A stretch of 63,687 nt of DNA, the filler included, from Sphacelaria rigidula (taxonomy: Eukaryota): assembly GCA_964200075.2 (NCBI GenBank). It is 6 parts of 6 records of this genome, joined end to end, with 100 filler letters (N's around TTAATTAATTAA, not from the genome) between each part and the next. Parts side by side here need not be neighbours in the genome. Positions count along the whole stretch, not along the records: positions 42,529 to 53,059 come from CAXNAA020006331.1; positions 53,160 to 63,687 come from CAXNAA020006332.1; 4 more parts are not named here. The stretch is one strand, 5' to 3'. The position numbers and the translations under genes are program-made. Of this stretch, positions 51,358 through 63,687 are shown piece after piece. The notes below the pieces were generated by a model. That model saw only the letters and a program-made list of their open reading frames with translations. It did no database searches and was not told the DNA's origin. Each line of letters begins with the position of its first letter. Within the stretch, counting starts at the first letter, position 1.

Positions 51358-51779
51358 TAACAGTGAATTCTCGAAAATGGGGTTGAACACAAAAATGAGG
51401 TTCAACTCAAAAACCGTGCTTTCCCTTACCCAAAGTCATGACAAATGACCTCCGTATGGACCACCCCATCCCTCCGACCTCCCTAAAACTATTTCGAGGG
51501 ATTTCTAGCCGTCCGTTCCCCCAGAGGATATGTGCAAAAGCACGATTTTGGAGACAAAAAACGTCCTTCTTTCACCCCGAAATCGAGGCAAAAATGTGCT
51601 TCCGCACATACCCTCTGGGGGAATTGAAGGCTATGAATCCCCCGAAATAGTTTTAGGGAGGTGGGGAGGGATGGGGTGGTCCATATGAAAGTCATTTGTC
51701 ATGAATTTAGGTCAGGGAAAGCATGGCTTTAGAGTTGAACCTCATTTTTTTCAACCCCATGTTCGAGAATCCACTGTTA
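51358..51779. mobile_element. Foldback MITE, ~420 bp, TA-flanked
   Basis: TAACAGTGAATTCTCGAAAATGGGGTTGAA versus TTCAACCCCATGTTCGAGAATCCACTGTTA; the arms pair through GGACCACCCCATCCCT / AGGGATGGGGTGGTCC. Confidence 0.9.
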
Positions 51780-53159
51780 TTTGCGTATCAATCTCTAATT
51801 GTACAACGACAATGCACGAAAAAAGCTCAACCGGGGACGTCTACTATTGTCTCTGGCAACATCTCGGCACCTCTACGAATAGCTCTAAGGAAAACAGATA
51901 TATTATTGCTTGTTGAACATGGACTCTGACATTACTATGGCAAAAATGAAGACAGGAAGCAAGAGAACAGACAAAATCGGCTCCAAAATTCACCGAACCG
52001 CGGCAAATTGGCGATTGAATTCACCGAACCCCGAACCCCGAGAAATCAAAAAATCTAAGGAACACAGAAAGGAAAGGACGACAAAAAAAGCGTCGTGCGG
52101 AAGTCTGCAAACAGGCAACAACATATGAACGGTGATGGAAAATCATTGCACTACCTGATCAACTTTACGTTATTACTTCGTATATCGTATATCTTTTGCG
52201 CAGTACAATCACACATATGACATATACCGCGACATGGTCGAAAGAAGACTGTAGCCCGAAGAAAATTGAGACGCTTTCCATGTGTCCTGGTGTCTAAGGT
52301 GTTCATTGTGTATGCATGTAAAGTTGAAATTTCCGTTTTTCAGAATCGAAGCCTCAGATCCACCAATAGGGTTCCGCGTATTGCCTATTACGCGCATACT
52401 TTCAAGCACGGACAGCTTGGGTCGAAGGTCCAATCTCGCCCTCGTCGAAGGTGAACGATGATGGGAAAACATTGCACTATTTCATCAAAACACATCACGG
52501 CTGCTGCTATTAGCCCGTAAAGTGCGGTACACAGACGATGTTCAAAACCGCTCTTCACGCGTGCGTTTCTGTGCTTGATCCGTCCGACGTACGCTAAGGC
52601 GACTTTCATGTGTGAGCTCGCCCACTGCAATTCGAGAGGTGACGGGTACTTGCCGTTGTAACGCAAAGTTGCTTTGCACAGCAACGCAGAGTAGCTTGTC
52701 ATCAACGTACACAGGCATTTTCCGATCGTAGTTGGTGTACAGAGGCGATGCACAAACATCCCGCCTGTCCACTCTCATTGTCTCATTGTTTCCTTCTGTT
52801 ATATTGTTATTAGTGCACAAAGGCAGTAGTGACAGCAAACGTCATGGCTTTCTTCGGTCTATAAACGGCAGTGCATCGAACATTGAATAGACCGCGCTTG
52901 AGGCTCTGGCTTGTGCGCTCGATAGCGTAGACACGACACAGCCGATTTTGAACAGAGCGAACTATATGGTTCATGGTACCTTATGTTGTGTGTGTTGTGT
53001 GTTGTCGTCCCATTTATTCTGGGCGCCAGTCTACCCCTTTCGGGATGTGTGGGCGCATCNNNNNNNNNNNNNNNNNNNNNNNNNNNNNNNNNNNNNNNNN
53101 NNNTTAATTAATTAANNNNNNNNNNNNNNNNNNNNNNNNNNNNNNNNNNNNNNNNNNNN

Positions 53160-53207
<48 letters not shown>

Positions 53208-53392
53208 TAATAATAATAATAATAATAATAGTAATGTTAATAATGATAATAATGGCAATAACGATAAGATCGATAATAACGATAATAACGATAATAAGAA
53301 TAATCATCATCATCATCATAATCATCAACATAATAACAACAATAATAATAGTAACAACAATGATTATCATGATAGTAACAATAATAACAATG
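53160..53392. repeat. (AAT)n microsatellite decaying into AAC/CAT/GAT variants
   Basis: Read directly from the sequence; it abuts the contig start. Confidence 0.97.
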
Positions 53393-54274
53393 TCTTGGTA
53401 ACTGTTTTGGTTTTCTTGTTGCTCTGCAACCTTGAGGACCAACGCCCGTGATAGGTAGGGTGACTCGTGTACAGAGTCGAGATGGGGGACATTGCAAGGA
53501 GGTTTGCTCGATGAGGATGATCTAGTATCCAAGTTCGAGACTACCTGGGTGCGGGGGTACCCCGACCCTGGTGCCTACCTGTACATCGGACGGTCTTGAT
53601 GATAATTCAGCTTGAGAGCTGAGTTCGACGCGCCGGCAAGGTGGAGCGCACTCGAAGGCGCTGTACGACACTAGGCATGCGAAGTGCACGATAGAGGTTC
53701 CTACCATTCTCCGGGAGACGAAAAAAAAGTGTTCAGAAACCTCGCTCTTCCGACTCCCTAAAGGTGTCGGCAATGTGATGACTGATCACAAAATTTGACC
53801 ACAGGTCACAAAATAAAACCTGCCAACCATTTTTGTATTTCACATTAGGAAAACATTTTCAGTACACAAAGCTTCGACATTTCCAGACATGAGCGCTCAC
53901 GATATTCTCTCGCACAAGCTTCACCGTGATTTCACAAAAACTCCTCCCCCACGAGGCTGTGACTTGAACCCTGGATCGTTTCTCTACTTTCAACACTCCC
54001 CTGTACCTACCTCACCCTTGTTCCAGTAATACGGGGGGAAACGTGGAGATATAGTTGCAGTAGTCCAACGCACAACGTACTGACCTTTCTACACACATAT
54101 GTTGTTTCCTTGCCCGAAATCCACCGTGACTTCACCAACCCTTCCCTCACGAGGCCATGACTTGAACCCCGCTTCGTTTCGCTACTTCCACGATTACCTC
54201 ACCTACCTTACTCTTTCCCTGCAGGGGATTTTATTCGACGCGAACGAGCCTACAGGTAAAACCATGTGCCGCCC

Positions 54275-54350
54275 CACCCCGCTGGTTTAACCGGTATAAC
54301 TGACATGAGATAGAGCTGAAGATCGCGGGTTCGAATCCCGGCAGGCGCAT
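54275..54350 (+). repeat. tRNA-derived sequence (SINE head or tRNA pseudogene); two related-looking B-box units on the minus strand at ~53925-54220
   Basis: A-box-like TGGTTTAACCGG and canonical B box GGGTTCGAATCCC with a paired T stem; the acceptor and anticodon arms do not fold convincingly. Confidence 0.55.
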
Positions 54351-56327
54351 GTGGCTGTTATGTGAAAAATATTTGATTATCGTCGTTGAGAACGTGAGGA
54401 CGGCGGCGGGCCCATGGGTACGGGCCAAATTATATAACGCATTCACTAATTTCAAGTAATTTGATTCAAATTATTACCAGTCCCTCTACATTATATAACG
54501 CATTATATAACGCAAACTTGATTTTAGTGTAGACTCCGTCACACTCGTGATCACGGGCCTTCTGGTCCCCGCAGCCACTGCAGCCACAGCAGCCACAGTA
54601 CAGGACTGCACCGTACTGCGGAAAGATGGTATCCAGGACACCAACGGCCCCACAAGGAGTGCTTTGTCTTTCTGTATACGGGTTGGTGTCCCCAACGTTT
54701 GCTATGAGCCTTGTCGGGCCTGCGGTATCGTTGCGGTGGCGGGGGTCGGCGTTGCGGTCTCCATTTTTTGCGCTGAGCTAGCTTTCGCCTCCTGTACCCT
54801 GCACGGCTTTGGATACGGGGCAGGCGGTGCTATCGTTGTCGTTGTGCGTTGTTTCATGCTCTCTGACGGCATAACCCCAGAAAAGGACTGTATCGGCATT
54901 AATGCTGCTACTGTGGCTCTCTACTGTTGGACGTCGTGCTTTTGTTCGGGGTGGCTCGTGTTGAGCTGTGCCGTACAGACAGTACTCACGCGATGCCGAC
55001 CGCCTGGCCAGGGTTGACGCATCTTGCGGTAAAGATACGGTTGGTACCGCGACAGAAATTGTTTGGAGATGCAAGGGCGAAGACGACCAAATTCTCTTCC
55101 ACACATCAGACAGCTAACGCAAACATGCATTCCTCTTGCATGTGTGATCCCGTGTGCCAGAGCACCGCCCTCTTTAAGGTATACCGTATGAGCTCGTTTC
55201 ATGATGACATGGTGCCTGTGGAAATATCATCGATGTACTGAACTGCTCTGGGCTGTAGCCAGCTAGCGGAGGGAAATGAAGCCCAGACCGGGCCTGGACA
55301 GGAAAAAAAACAAAACAATTCAATCTTATTGCCCTCTCTGCGGCACATGGGGCTTGAGTAGCGCGCGTGTGTCCATCGGCGCAGAAATCCAGGGTTAAAT
55401 CCGTTCGAGAATCATGGAAAACAACGAAAAAATCGATGATTTTAGTTTAATTATTATATAACGACCCGTACCCATGAACTCGGTGCCGTGAGGACGGGAG
55501 CAGTGATTAAAATGGATTTGACGAGAGCCGACTCGACCCCGCGCGGGGCGGCCAGCACTTCTGATCCAATTCGCAATACCAAAATGTAAGACGTGCATAC
55601 TACCGGGGGAGACACGGGTTGCTTGATCGCTTGAGATTATGGACTCATATCGAGGAAGGTGAGGGAGCTGAGACTAGCGTGACGAGAAAAAAAAAAAAAC
55701 GTACGTGAGTACGCACTACTCATGAGTGTTACCCCGCATTGTTCTTTACTGGATCAACCGAGCCCTCGATAATCACAACTCGCTGCGACATGAACGACTC
55801 GCAGAGCACAGCCACGACTTGCCCCCCCCAGGAACCAGGGAGCTTCAAAACAGATGAAACGCCCTTCCGACCAGCCGACTAGAGTACACGGCATTGATGC
55901 AGAGATGAGGTAACCCAAACATGACATTTCAAACAAGCTTATTTCGAGCAAACCAAAAGCGCACATGGTACATATTCGTGGCTTTTTTTTCGCGCACCTA
56001 AAGCAACCCTCTCGCTCCTCGGAACGATTCTGCGGTCTCTCAAGGTATCACCATTATACCCGCCTCTACCCTGGTTCATATGTACCCTGAAAGTTAATTC
56101 GGTACATCGTATACTGGATCGATCAGCACTCCCCGCGCCTCGTCGACTCTCATCAACTAAACTCTTTCTCCTGCTGCTTGTCTTCTCCCATTTCCAACGG
56201 CGTCACATTCTTTCAGAAAAAAAAAGAAAATGAAATGTGAATACCGAAAACCGGACCCGCATTCTTGTCATCTACTGGCTCCAACTGTACCAGTAAACCA
56301 CTACCGAGGCGAGTTTACCCCAATTTA

Positions 56328-56500
56328 TAGCCCTAAATCCGCGGTTGACTCATTTTCAGGATAACGCAAACCTTGACTGGTGCTTGTAGCCCGAGATCCG
56401 CGGTTGACGCATTTTTAAGTCCACGCAAACCTTGACCGTTATTTTCCTCGTAGCCCTAAATCCGTGGTTGGCATATTTTTTAAAAGCCGTAAACCTTGAT
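56328..56500 (+). repeat. Three-unit ~60-bp minisatellite
   Basis: TAGCCC...ATCCGCGGTTG...CAAACCTTGA at 56328, 56387 and 56451. Confidence 0.85.
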
Positions 56501-59500
56501 TGCTCTTTTCTTTGTCTCGCTGAAATCAATTATAGCTTGCTCTGCTTCACATCGCGCCTCCAATTTTCCCATCCTTTCTTACATTGGAATGGGATGGAAA
56601 AGGGACAGAACAAACAGACGCCCTTACAGTGTTGTTCCTTTTCGATAATATGGAAGCTTGAATCACGGTGAGGTGTACGTTCTACTTGTTGAAGTCATGT
56701 TCCGCATATGGGAGAAAGCTGCATGACGCATGACATTCGTCACAGCACACGTTACAAGCGTTTTCTGCTGAAAAGATTCATGTATCCACTAGAACAGGGC
56801 GAGTGAGTGCAGATTTCTCTAGATATGGGTCCCACTCTGTGCGCATCGGTCTTGAAACACACATCCTCGTCTGTTGTACAAGAAATATGCTGTTTGCTGC
56901 TATGGATTCGACACTGCGCACCAACTGCGACGTTACGCCTTCGGTGGTACTATCTGCTCACTGCACAGCGGCAGGGTGCAGGGTGACAGAGCACACCACA
57001 GAACGCCACACCCTCAGCCTACCCCTGTGCTGCACTGATTTCGAGCTGTCCTATGGAGATGCCACATCATGCACGCAACCGCTTGTATCTGCGGCCAACG
57101 TGCACGCGGGCTATCATCTTGTAAAGATCTTCGTGTCGTGGCTACAGCGTGCGTTTGCCCCAGGTTGCGCACGCAGGAGTGAAAGACCGCCTCTGCTGCT
57201 GTCATGGCTGCCTGTATCTTGGGCGAAAATAAAACTATTTGCGCGAAGGGCGATTATATCCGAGCGTTCAAGATCGGCACCCTGCAAACACTGAGGGCCC
57301 GTCCGAAATCAGCCGAAGAACTAAAACATGGGACATGTCCTGCCTCACTGTACGGCAGCACAAACACACTCACTTCCGCTCTCATGTGCTGTAGCTATCA
57401 CTGTTCTGGGGGGTGTTTAGACCTTGCGAAGACTGTTTGGTCTCCGCTGAGATCGCTTGATGTGCTGTATTGTTGTGTTCGTCTCTCTGTAACATATAGT
57501 ATCAGTCAGGACGCTGTGATTTTGCAACAAGAGAAGCTGATGCATACTGAATACAGTCCATCTTCACGTTCTAAAACAAGAAAAAACATTGCAGAACTGC
57601 CGTGTTGTCTTGTCTTCAGGGTAGTACTCTGTTCTCCATATTCCACTGCAGAATTGCCTTGTCAGTGTAGTACCCTGTACTCCATATAATGGGTTCATGG
57701 TTTGAGCAGTTGTTTGAAAAATTCAAAGTTGCTTTTTGAAAAGTACTCCGAAAAAAACGAGAGTGTTTTCTGTCACAGAAATCTAATGCCGAATCTGGAA
57801 TCGCCTGAGACAACAACCAATTTGAAAATTGGAATGTTTGTGTCCCCAAATCCATGGATTTGGTACATACTTGGAATCAGTGTGACAACGAGATTCGGAT
57901 CTGTCTGTTTTACCTTTCTGTTTCCCTTCGCTTTTATCCAGGGCGAGTGTTTTCATTTTGCTTTATAACGGTTACGTGTAGCATGTGGACAATGACCACG
58001 CCTGGATATCTGGGTGATCAGTTAAAGTGCGACAATCAATCAATCCATCGATGAATGAATTGACCCAACCCCAATTAAAACATACCGACCGAGAACCTCG
58101 GGTAGAAGCGGTGCAAAAGGGCGCCCATGGCAAATTGTGCGTTGGCAGACCTTGGATCGGCGCCACAGACGTCGATTCAAGACAAAACCGCATTCGGCAC
58201 AAGCTAGTAAGCACTCGGGGCTGTCAGTGCCATTCAAGATCCGAATCTCGCTGTCACACTGAAATCAATCATGTTCCAAAACCATGGATTTGGGAACACT
58301 GGAGAGGAGCCAACTCTACTACCACCATCAGGGCGTGGCGGTACACAAAATCTCCTCTAGAGCAATGCTACGATACAGGTTACAGTTTTTGTTCCTGGGT
58401 CTCTTTTTTGTAGGAGCCCAAAAGTATGGAGCTTACTGTGCAACCCAAATCTCCGGGGACCGGACATGGAGATGCACGCAGGGGTCTTTTTGTGAATCGG
58501 CATCATTTTCAGTATTTTTCAAGTGAAAATGATGCCGATTCTCAAAAGAACCCGTCCAACACCCCGAGAAATATTTTCGCTGGAAAAGTGCAACCCCTAT
58601 CGTAGCATCAGTCTCTAGAGTGTACGTGGAACGCGCACAAATACAACGACTCTTCTCAGGCATACATCAAAATAGAACAAGCACGCCCTCCTTTTTTCCC
58701 CCGAGTCTTCTCCTTCCTCATCAGCAAGAGAGTTCGAGAACTTACCGAACGATGCTCCGCCACCAGCAGGAGATGCCGTGATCAACTGGTCGCTCACGCG
58801 CATAAACGTTACCGGCGAGGTCGAAGATGAAGCTGACGACCCTGACCGACTCTGGCGATCAGAGAGCCGGTTCTAGGATTATTACAAGTGCACGGTCAGC
58901 GCCCGAGACATGGAGCACGGCAAAGCAGAACGGGTGACGAGATGGAGTGAAAGCGGCTTTTCGCGGGGCCGAGGGCGTGGGGCATCACCTATGTCGAGAT
59001 GAGAGTCGAACACGAAGAAAGGTGGATCGCGACCTTGGTACTACTACGCCCGGGTGTGCTTGCATGAAAATTCGAACCGTCATTCGTTAAACCCATGAGG
59101 GAAAAGCGAGAAAAAAGGCGAACATCCGGATTTTGTGACGGATCCATTTTGTTTATTTGACTGTTTCAACACACACAGGGTAGTATATAACTAAAACGTT
59201 GCACCACACCCGACCTTGGTATACGAACCCCTCCCCCCCCCAATTTTTTAGGAGGAGGGGGAGGGGGGGGGTGCACTCATGATTCTGCATACCGTAGTGA
59301 TAAGACCATTGACCTCAAATTCGTACCAAGACGGGACGGAGCACGCCGGGGTTTCGTCGGACCACACTCGCAATCGCCAGGCGCCGTGATGTGCTAGGCG
59401 AGTCGCATAAAGGGTGAGCTGTACCCTGCTGCACATTCCAAGAGTTGGACGAATTATCGATTCGTCTGGAAATTACATGATTTCAGTGCAATTGACTCGT

Positions 59501-61409
59501 ACCGTATGATCCAATCGATCCTTGGGTTTTGTTTTCAGCGTTGCAACCCAGGTACGCACAGCCCAGGCACGTGAAATGGCGCACAAATTGCGTGGAGGCT
59601 TTCTTTTACTAGCGGCCAACGTTTTTCCCTCCTTCGAGCAACCATGCCTGAAAAATCGTGGATTTGGTGATTCAAACCGAAGATGATTCGTCCCAACCTT
59701 GAAGATTTTCTGCCCCGAAGCGTACTATTGTCTTGCACATGGGTGGAAGTCTCGAATGAGTTGTTTCATTTTCTGGGAGCATCACTTCCAGAGACAGCCA
59801 GGGGTTACACTGTCTCATGGGTGTCGGTCGCATCATTAGAACACTGGGCAGTGCGATTATCCCCATTACACGGAGTTCAGGTTCTCCAGCCCGCACAATA
59901 TGATCTAACTCGCATACGGACACCGCAGAAAAGTTGCGAGCCAAAGAAAAAAAAGGTAACATGGTCGCCTAGCTTACGCAGTGAGTGGCGTGTTCTACAA
60001 GGTCATTACAAATTTGGGGAAGAAGGGTGGCGGCGCCCACGGGAGGGGAGGGGAGGCGTACTCATTTGTTGCTTGCCTTGGTCATTTGACCATTGACCAC
60101 GCATCCCTTTCGAGACGGAGCACCGTTCTACTCCAAAAAAAGACACCTCCAACATTTTGGCGCTAATTACGTTTCTCCCACTTTTTATAATTACTATTTA
60201 TTCGTCGCACTTTGAAATCCCTCCCCTTCGTCGAGACACGTCCGTGGTCTCAAGGAATCAGCCCATTTCTCCCCGGTACACGCCTTGCGTTTTGGTCCCA
60301 CGGATTGGGTCAGCACTCCCGCACCGCGCCAACCCACGTCAAACAAACTCAGTCGACGACGTTGTTTACTCACGTTCTCACGCTTTCCACTGTAGAAATC
60401 AGACATGACGTAGAAAAACTCAACGCATCGAGAATCGAACCCTCTAAACCACCGGGGCGCGACGCCCATACATCACAGAAGAACATTTTTTTTACATATT
60501 TTATCCCCTTCCTGTTTTGCCGTCAGTGGTCAACATCTATCTCCTAGCATAGCGATGGCTTTCTCGCTACCATGCGGTCTAATGTACCAAACGATTTCAT
60601 ACCACCTTTGTACACTTCTCACATTTCGCGCTCTAATCCGATGCGTTCCCCCCCATGTAGTTCACATTCTGCGACTGTATTACTTCCACTCTCTATCGCT
60701 TCGCCACAGGGCCAATTCTGTGCATCTGCCTCCTCCTCCACCAGACTACTAGTATACCTCTTTCTTCTTTCTAGCAGGTCCAGCTCCCCCAGAGGGGGGG
60801 GGGGGGGGGGGGGGGGTCTTCTAGCCATTGATTAGCACTAGTTCGACTTGCCGACTACAGGCACACGGGAACGGTGGGGATGTTTTCCTGGGGTGAAAGG
60901 CAGGCTGCATGATTTCAATGAGCCAGCGGAGTAAATAATTGCAATAGCCTCAAGGAGCAGAAACGTGTAACACTTCCAGTGTTCACACACGGCCGGCCTG
61001 CTGCTGTGTAGAGTAGTCAGGTATCAAGTGAGGGTGATGATGCTGACTCAAGTAAAATCCACACGCATCTCAAGCTCTTCAACACAGGGAAGATGTCAAC
61101 ATTTGCCGTTGAATAGCAGTTGATTGCTTGATTGAATGATTGTCGCACTTTGAATTATGCAAAAGGCTGACGCGTTCATGGAGGTCCATCTGTGTAGTAT
61201 GACGCTACACACGTCAGACAGCTCATGAGCTACCCCAATATTACTTCTCGTTTGTTGTTCTTCTCTGTTTGAAATCGGCATATCGGCATTCTTTTCTGTG
61301 CTTTGCTTCTGTTGACTAGATACTCTTCTTTTTTTTTTTCACGTCTTAGTCTAAAATGTCGTTCTGTTCGACTTTTTCTGTTCCTCCTTTTTTATCAGCG
61401 AGTGCTTCA

Positions 61410-61513
61410 GTGTTGTTTTTCTTGGGCACGTCCATCATGTGACCACGGCTGGATCATGACTGGGGGGTCACTTAAAAATGCGACAATCAACCAATCAATC
61501 AATCAACCAATCA
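61410..61513 (+). mobile_element. Non-LTR retroelement-type 3' tail ending in (CAAT)n; related copies at ~36400-36552 (+), ~40190-40300 (-), ~57960-58050 (+) and ~61120-61160 (-)
   Basis: Shared GACCA(C/T)GGCTGGA...GTCA(G/C)TTAA(A)GTGCGAC-AATCAATCAATC. Short tandem tails are typical of RTE/CR1/L2-type LINEs and their SINEs; the class assignment is an inference. Confidence 0.65.
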
Positions 61514-62804
61514 CCTGTGTACTGATCCGGATCATGAGCTACAACAGCTCATTTGGTCCCGTTTTCCATATTTTCCCCCTACAGCGCTGGACGCTGACCA
61601 CGCAGAGAGGCGCAAATGTAGTGCTTTGGCTTCTCAGACCCCGTTGTCACGTGTTTTTGGTCCTCGGAGATCAGATCTGAGAGCCGTTTCCGACCAAGTC
61701 AAGTAGGCAGCTCACGAGCTGCCCGACGAGTAACAAGGTTTTCGTAAGATTGAGAGTTGGGTGCGGATTGAGAGTGGCTTTGATCATTCGCTTTAACTTG
61801 GCCATTTTTTCTTTCCGTGTGTGCTTTTCGTCGTATCATCACTGCCATGTGCTTACAGCTACACGTTGATATGCTACTCAGAGGTATCGAGGGCCTCAGT
61901 GGTAAGCTACTACAGAGAGAATAGTGGGCCTGGTGGAGGTGCATTTCGGAACTGAAACGGCTTCTTCACTAATTGACCGCTTTTCACACTCAATCGTACC
62001 TTCAACTTTCAATTTCACGAAAACAATGTTGAGTGTAATGTTATCACCGCGTCCCCTGCCCGCCCTTGCGAATCTTCCGTCTTACCTTGACGTGCATCAT
62101 GTGCATGAGAAACATCTGGGTCTGAGTGAATTCCCGCAGGAAGCGAAGGACGCCCTCTGAGTCTCCCCGCTGTTCTTGACGATGCCTGCAGGGTGGGCGT
62201 ACATGTGTGTGTCCAGATTCCGTGACGGAATATGATTAAAAAAAAAAAAACGAAAAAAAAGAGCGTAGAAAAAACTGTAGAACAAAGAGAAACTAAGTAA
62301 AACTAAAAACAAAGGAAACCTTAACAGAGGGAAATCGGTTAAGATAGATGATACATGAAGTATAGACGACGACGCCGGTGGGGTGGGCGTACTTGCATGT
62401 GTGTCTGGGTATTATGTGACGTGGATTGCAAAAAAAAAAGGAGGTCGAAAAAACTGTAGGATGAAGGAAAACGAACGAAAAATAAAAGGGAAGGAAACTC
62501 ATCAGAAGGAATCGGTGAGACAGACGATGCATGACGTCTACAGTATGTATCACCGGCTGTAGTTCAAAGCCCCGCAACTAATGATAGTATGTCGCGTTGT
62601 CCATGGTGCCCGATCCCTGCAACAGGCAATCTTGCATACGCATGGCAGAACAGAACAACTCCTCCTTCTTCGACGTATTTGATCTAGGACATATCATATT
62701 CCGTATAAAATTCATGTTCCGCCCACGTTCGGTAAAGCTGTTTGTCGATCACATCCACTGAAACATATATTCCCTGTATGAAACATATATTCTGCGTGTG
62801 TTCG

Positions 62805-63055
62805 GAGTAATCCTACGATAGGGGGGGGGGGATATTTTGGGCCACTTCTTGCACGAAATTCCAAGTCAAATCGTCGTTGAAAGCAGCAACGGTTGTTCCA
62901 ACGAGCTTGTTACAGATATATAACGCGCATTCATACCGATCGACACCATTTTGAACCAAATTCAAGCGCACCGCGAGTGTGGCAGGTCGCCTGACATACT
63001 TATAAGCCACTTTTTTCGTGCAACCAAATACCCCCCCCCTATCGTAGGCTGACTC
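62805..63055. mobile_element. Complete 251-bp GAG...CTC MITE with 4-bp TSD TTCG (Sola-like)
   Basis: GAGTAATCCTACGATAGGGGG / CCCCCTATCGTAGGCTGACTC; TTCG at 62801-62804 and 63056-63059. Confidence 0.9.
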
Positions 63056-63308
63056 TTCGGCGCATACGTTCTATCGTGAACATATGACCCATGTTATGTG
63101 CTGTCGCACGTGTGTCAGCTACGGATAACTGATACAAACACGTGTTCTGCGTATGCTCGGCGCAAACGTTCTAAAGTGCACAGATGTTGAAGGTCCTGTT
63201 CTACCGTGCGTGTGCAACCTTCGTATATCGGTTACACCTACTGCAAATAGATATTCTGCATATCCTCGGCACATACGATCTAAAGTGAACAGATGCAACA
63301 TGTTTTCA

Positions 63309-63687
63309 CAGGTACCGTAGGTAAGGTAGGTATCCGGTATCGGTATTTGGGACATCTCATACCCCACCGGTACCGGTCCAATCCGGTATTTTCAAAACTC
63401 ATACCTACGATATCTACGATACGAGGTTTTTTCGAGATTTCAGCACCTACCGTACCCGCCCAATCCGGTATTTTGAAATGTTACACCTACGAAACCCACG
63501 ATACCAGGGTTTTTCGAGATTTCGGTACCCACCGTACCCGCCCAATCCGGTATTTTGAAATGTCACACCAAGGATAGCCACGATACCTACGATACCAGGG
63601 TATTTCGAGATTTCAGTACCAACCGTACCCGCCCAATCCGGTATTTTGAAATCCCATACCTACGATACCTACGATACCAGGGTATTT
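63309..63687 (+). mobile_element. Left end of a CAGG-ended TIR element with an 82-91-bp subterminal tandem array, cut by the window end
   Basis: TIR CAGGTACCGTAGGTAAGGTA; CGTACCCGCCCAATCCGGTATTTTGAAAT at 63451, 63533 and 63624, with a diverged unit at ~63369. Confidence 0.8.

Noticed and set aside
53104..53532. Poly-Ile membrane-protein-like ORF
   Set aside because: It is the translation of the (AAT)n microsatellite running into the linker.
54275..54350. Functional tRNA gene
   Set aside because: Only the A/B boxes and T arm are recognisable; I cannot fold a proper acceptor or anticodon stem.
55215..55245. Minus-strand YIDDI as a reverse transcriptase motif
   Set aside because: A stop follows within a few codons and no other RT motifs are nearby.
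58746..58872. Isolated minus-strand exon candidate (TAG| ... G|GTAAGT)
   Set aside because: Good splice signals, but Ser-rich, with no partner exon or domain; too weak to list as a CDS.
42529..63687. Joining the element end at 42600 with the element start at 63309 as one insertion linking two contigs
   Set aside because: The flanks TGTTTTCA and TATGTAGG do not form a target-site duplication, so they are different copies.

Overview
Eukaryotic, intron-rich, transposon-saturated genomic DNA. A stramenopile, most likely a brown alga, is my inference from gene structure and repeat style; it is not proven. The window is not one locus. It is six pieces of 10533, 10533, 10531, 10531, 10531 and 10528 bp joined by identical 100-nt linkers (44 N + TTAATTAATTAA + 44 N), i.e. 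length-sorted unplaced contigs, so adjacency across linkers means nothing. Host genes: the first six exons of an NVL/Rix7-type AAA+ ATPase (minus strand, 15895-10745); three internal exons of a pepsin-family aspartic protease followed by thrombospondin-type (TSP1-like) modules (plus strand, 24084-26001); and a few unassigned exons. Mobile DNA: a decayed Ty1/copia element lacking the integrase core; a decayed chromodomain Ty3/gypsy element lacking the RT core; an older gypsy relic; a frameshifted Mutator-like transposase relic that appears to carry SWIM and OTU-like protease motifs; a 2-kb non-autonomous hAT element with an 8-bp TSD; a GAG...CTC MITE family with 4-bp TSDs (Sola-like); arrays of ~100-bp piggyBac-like units sharing TTAA sites; many long foldback palindromes; and tRNA-derived and LINE-tail repeats. 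No CRISPR array, rRNA or convincing intact tRNA was found. I cannot show a new biological system. The best candidates are the MULE-SWIM-OTU relic, the protease-TSP1 architecture and the self-concatenating TTAA units.
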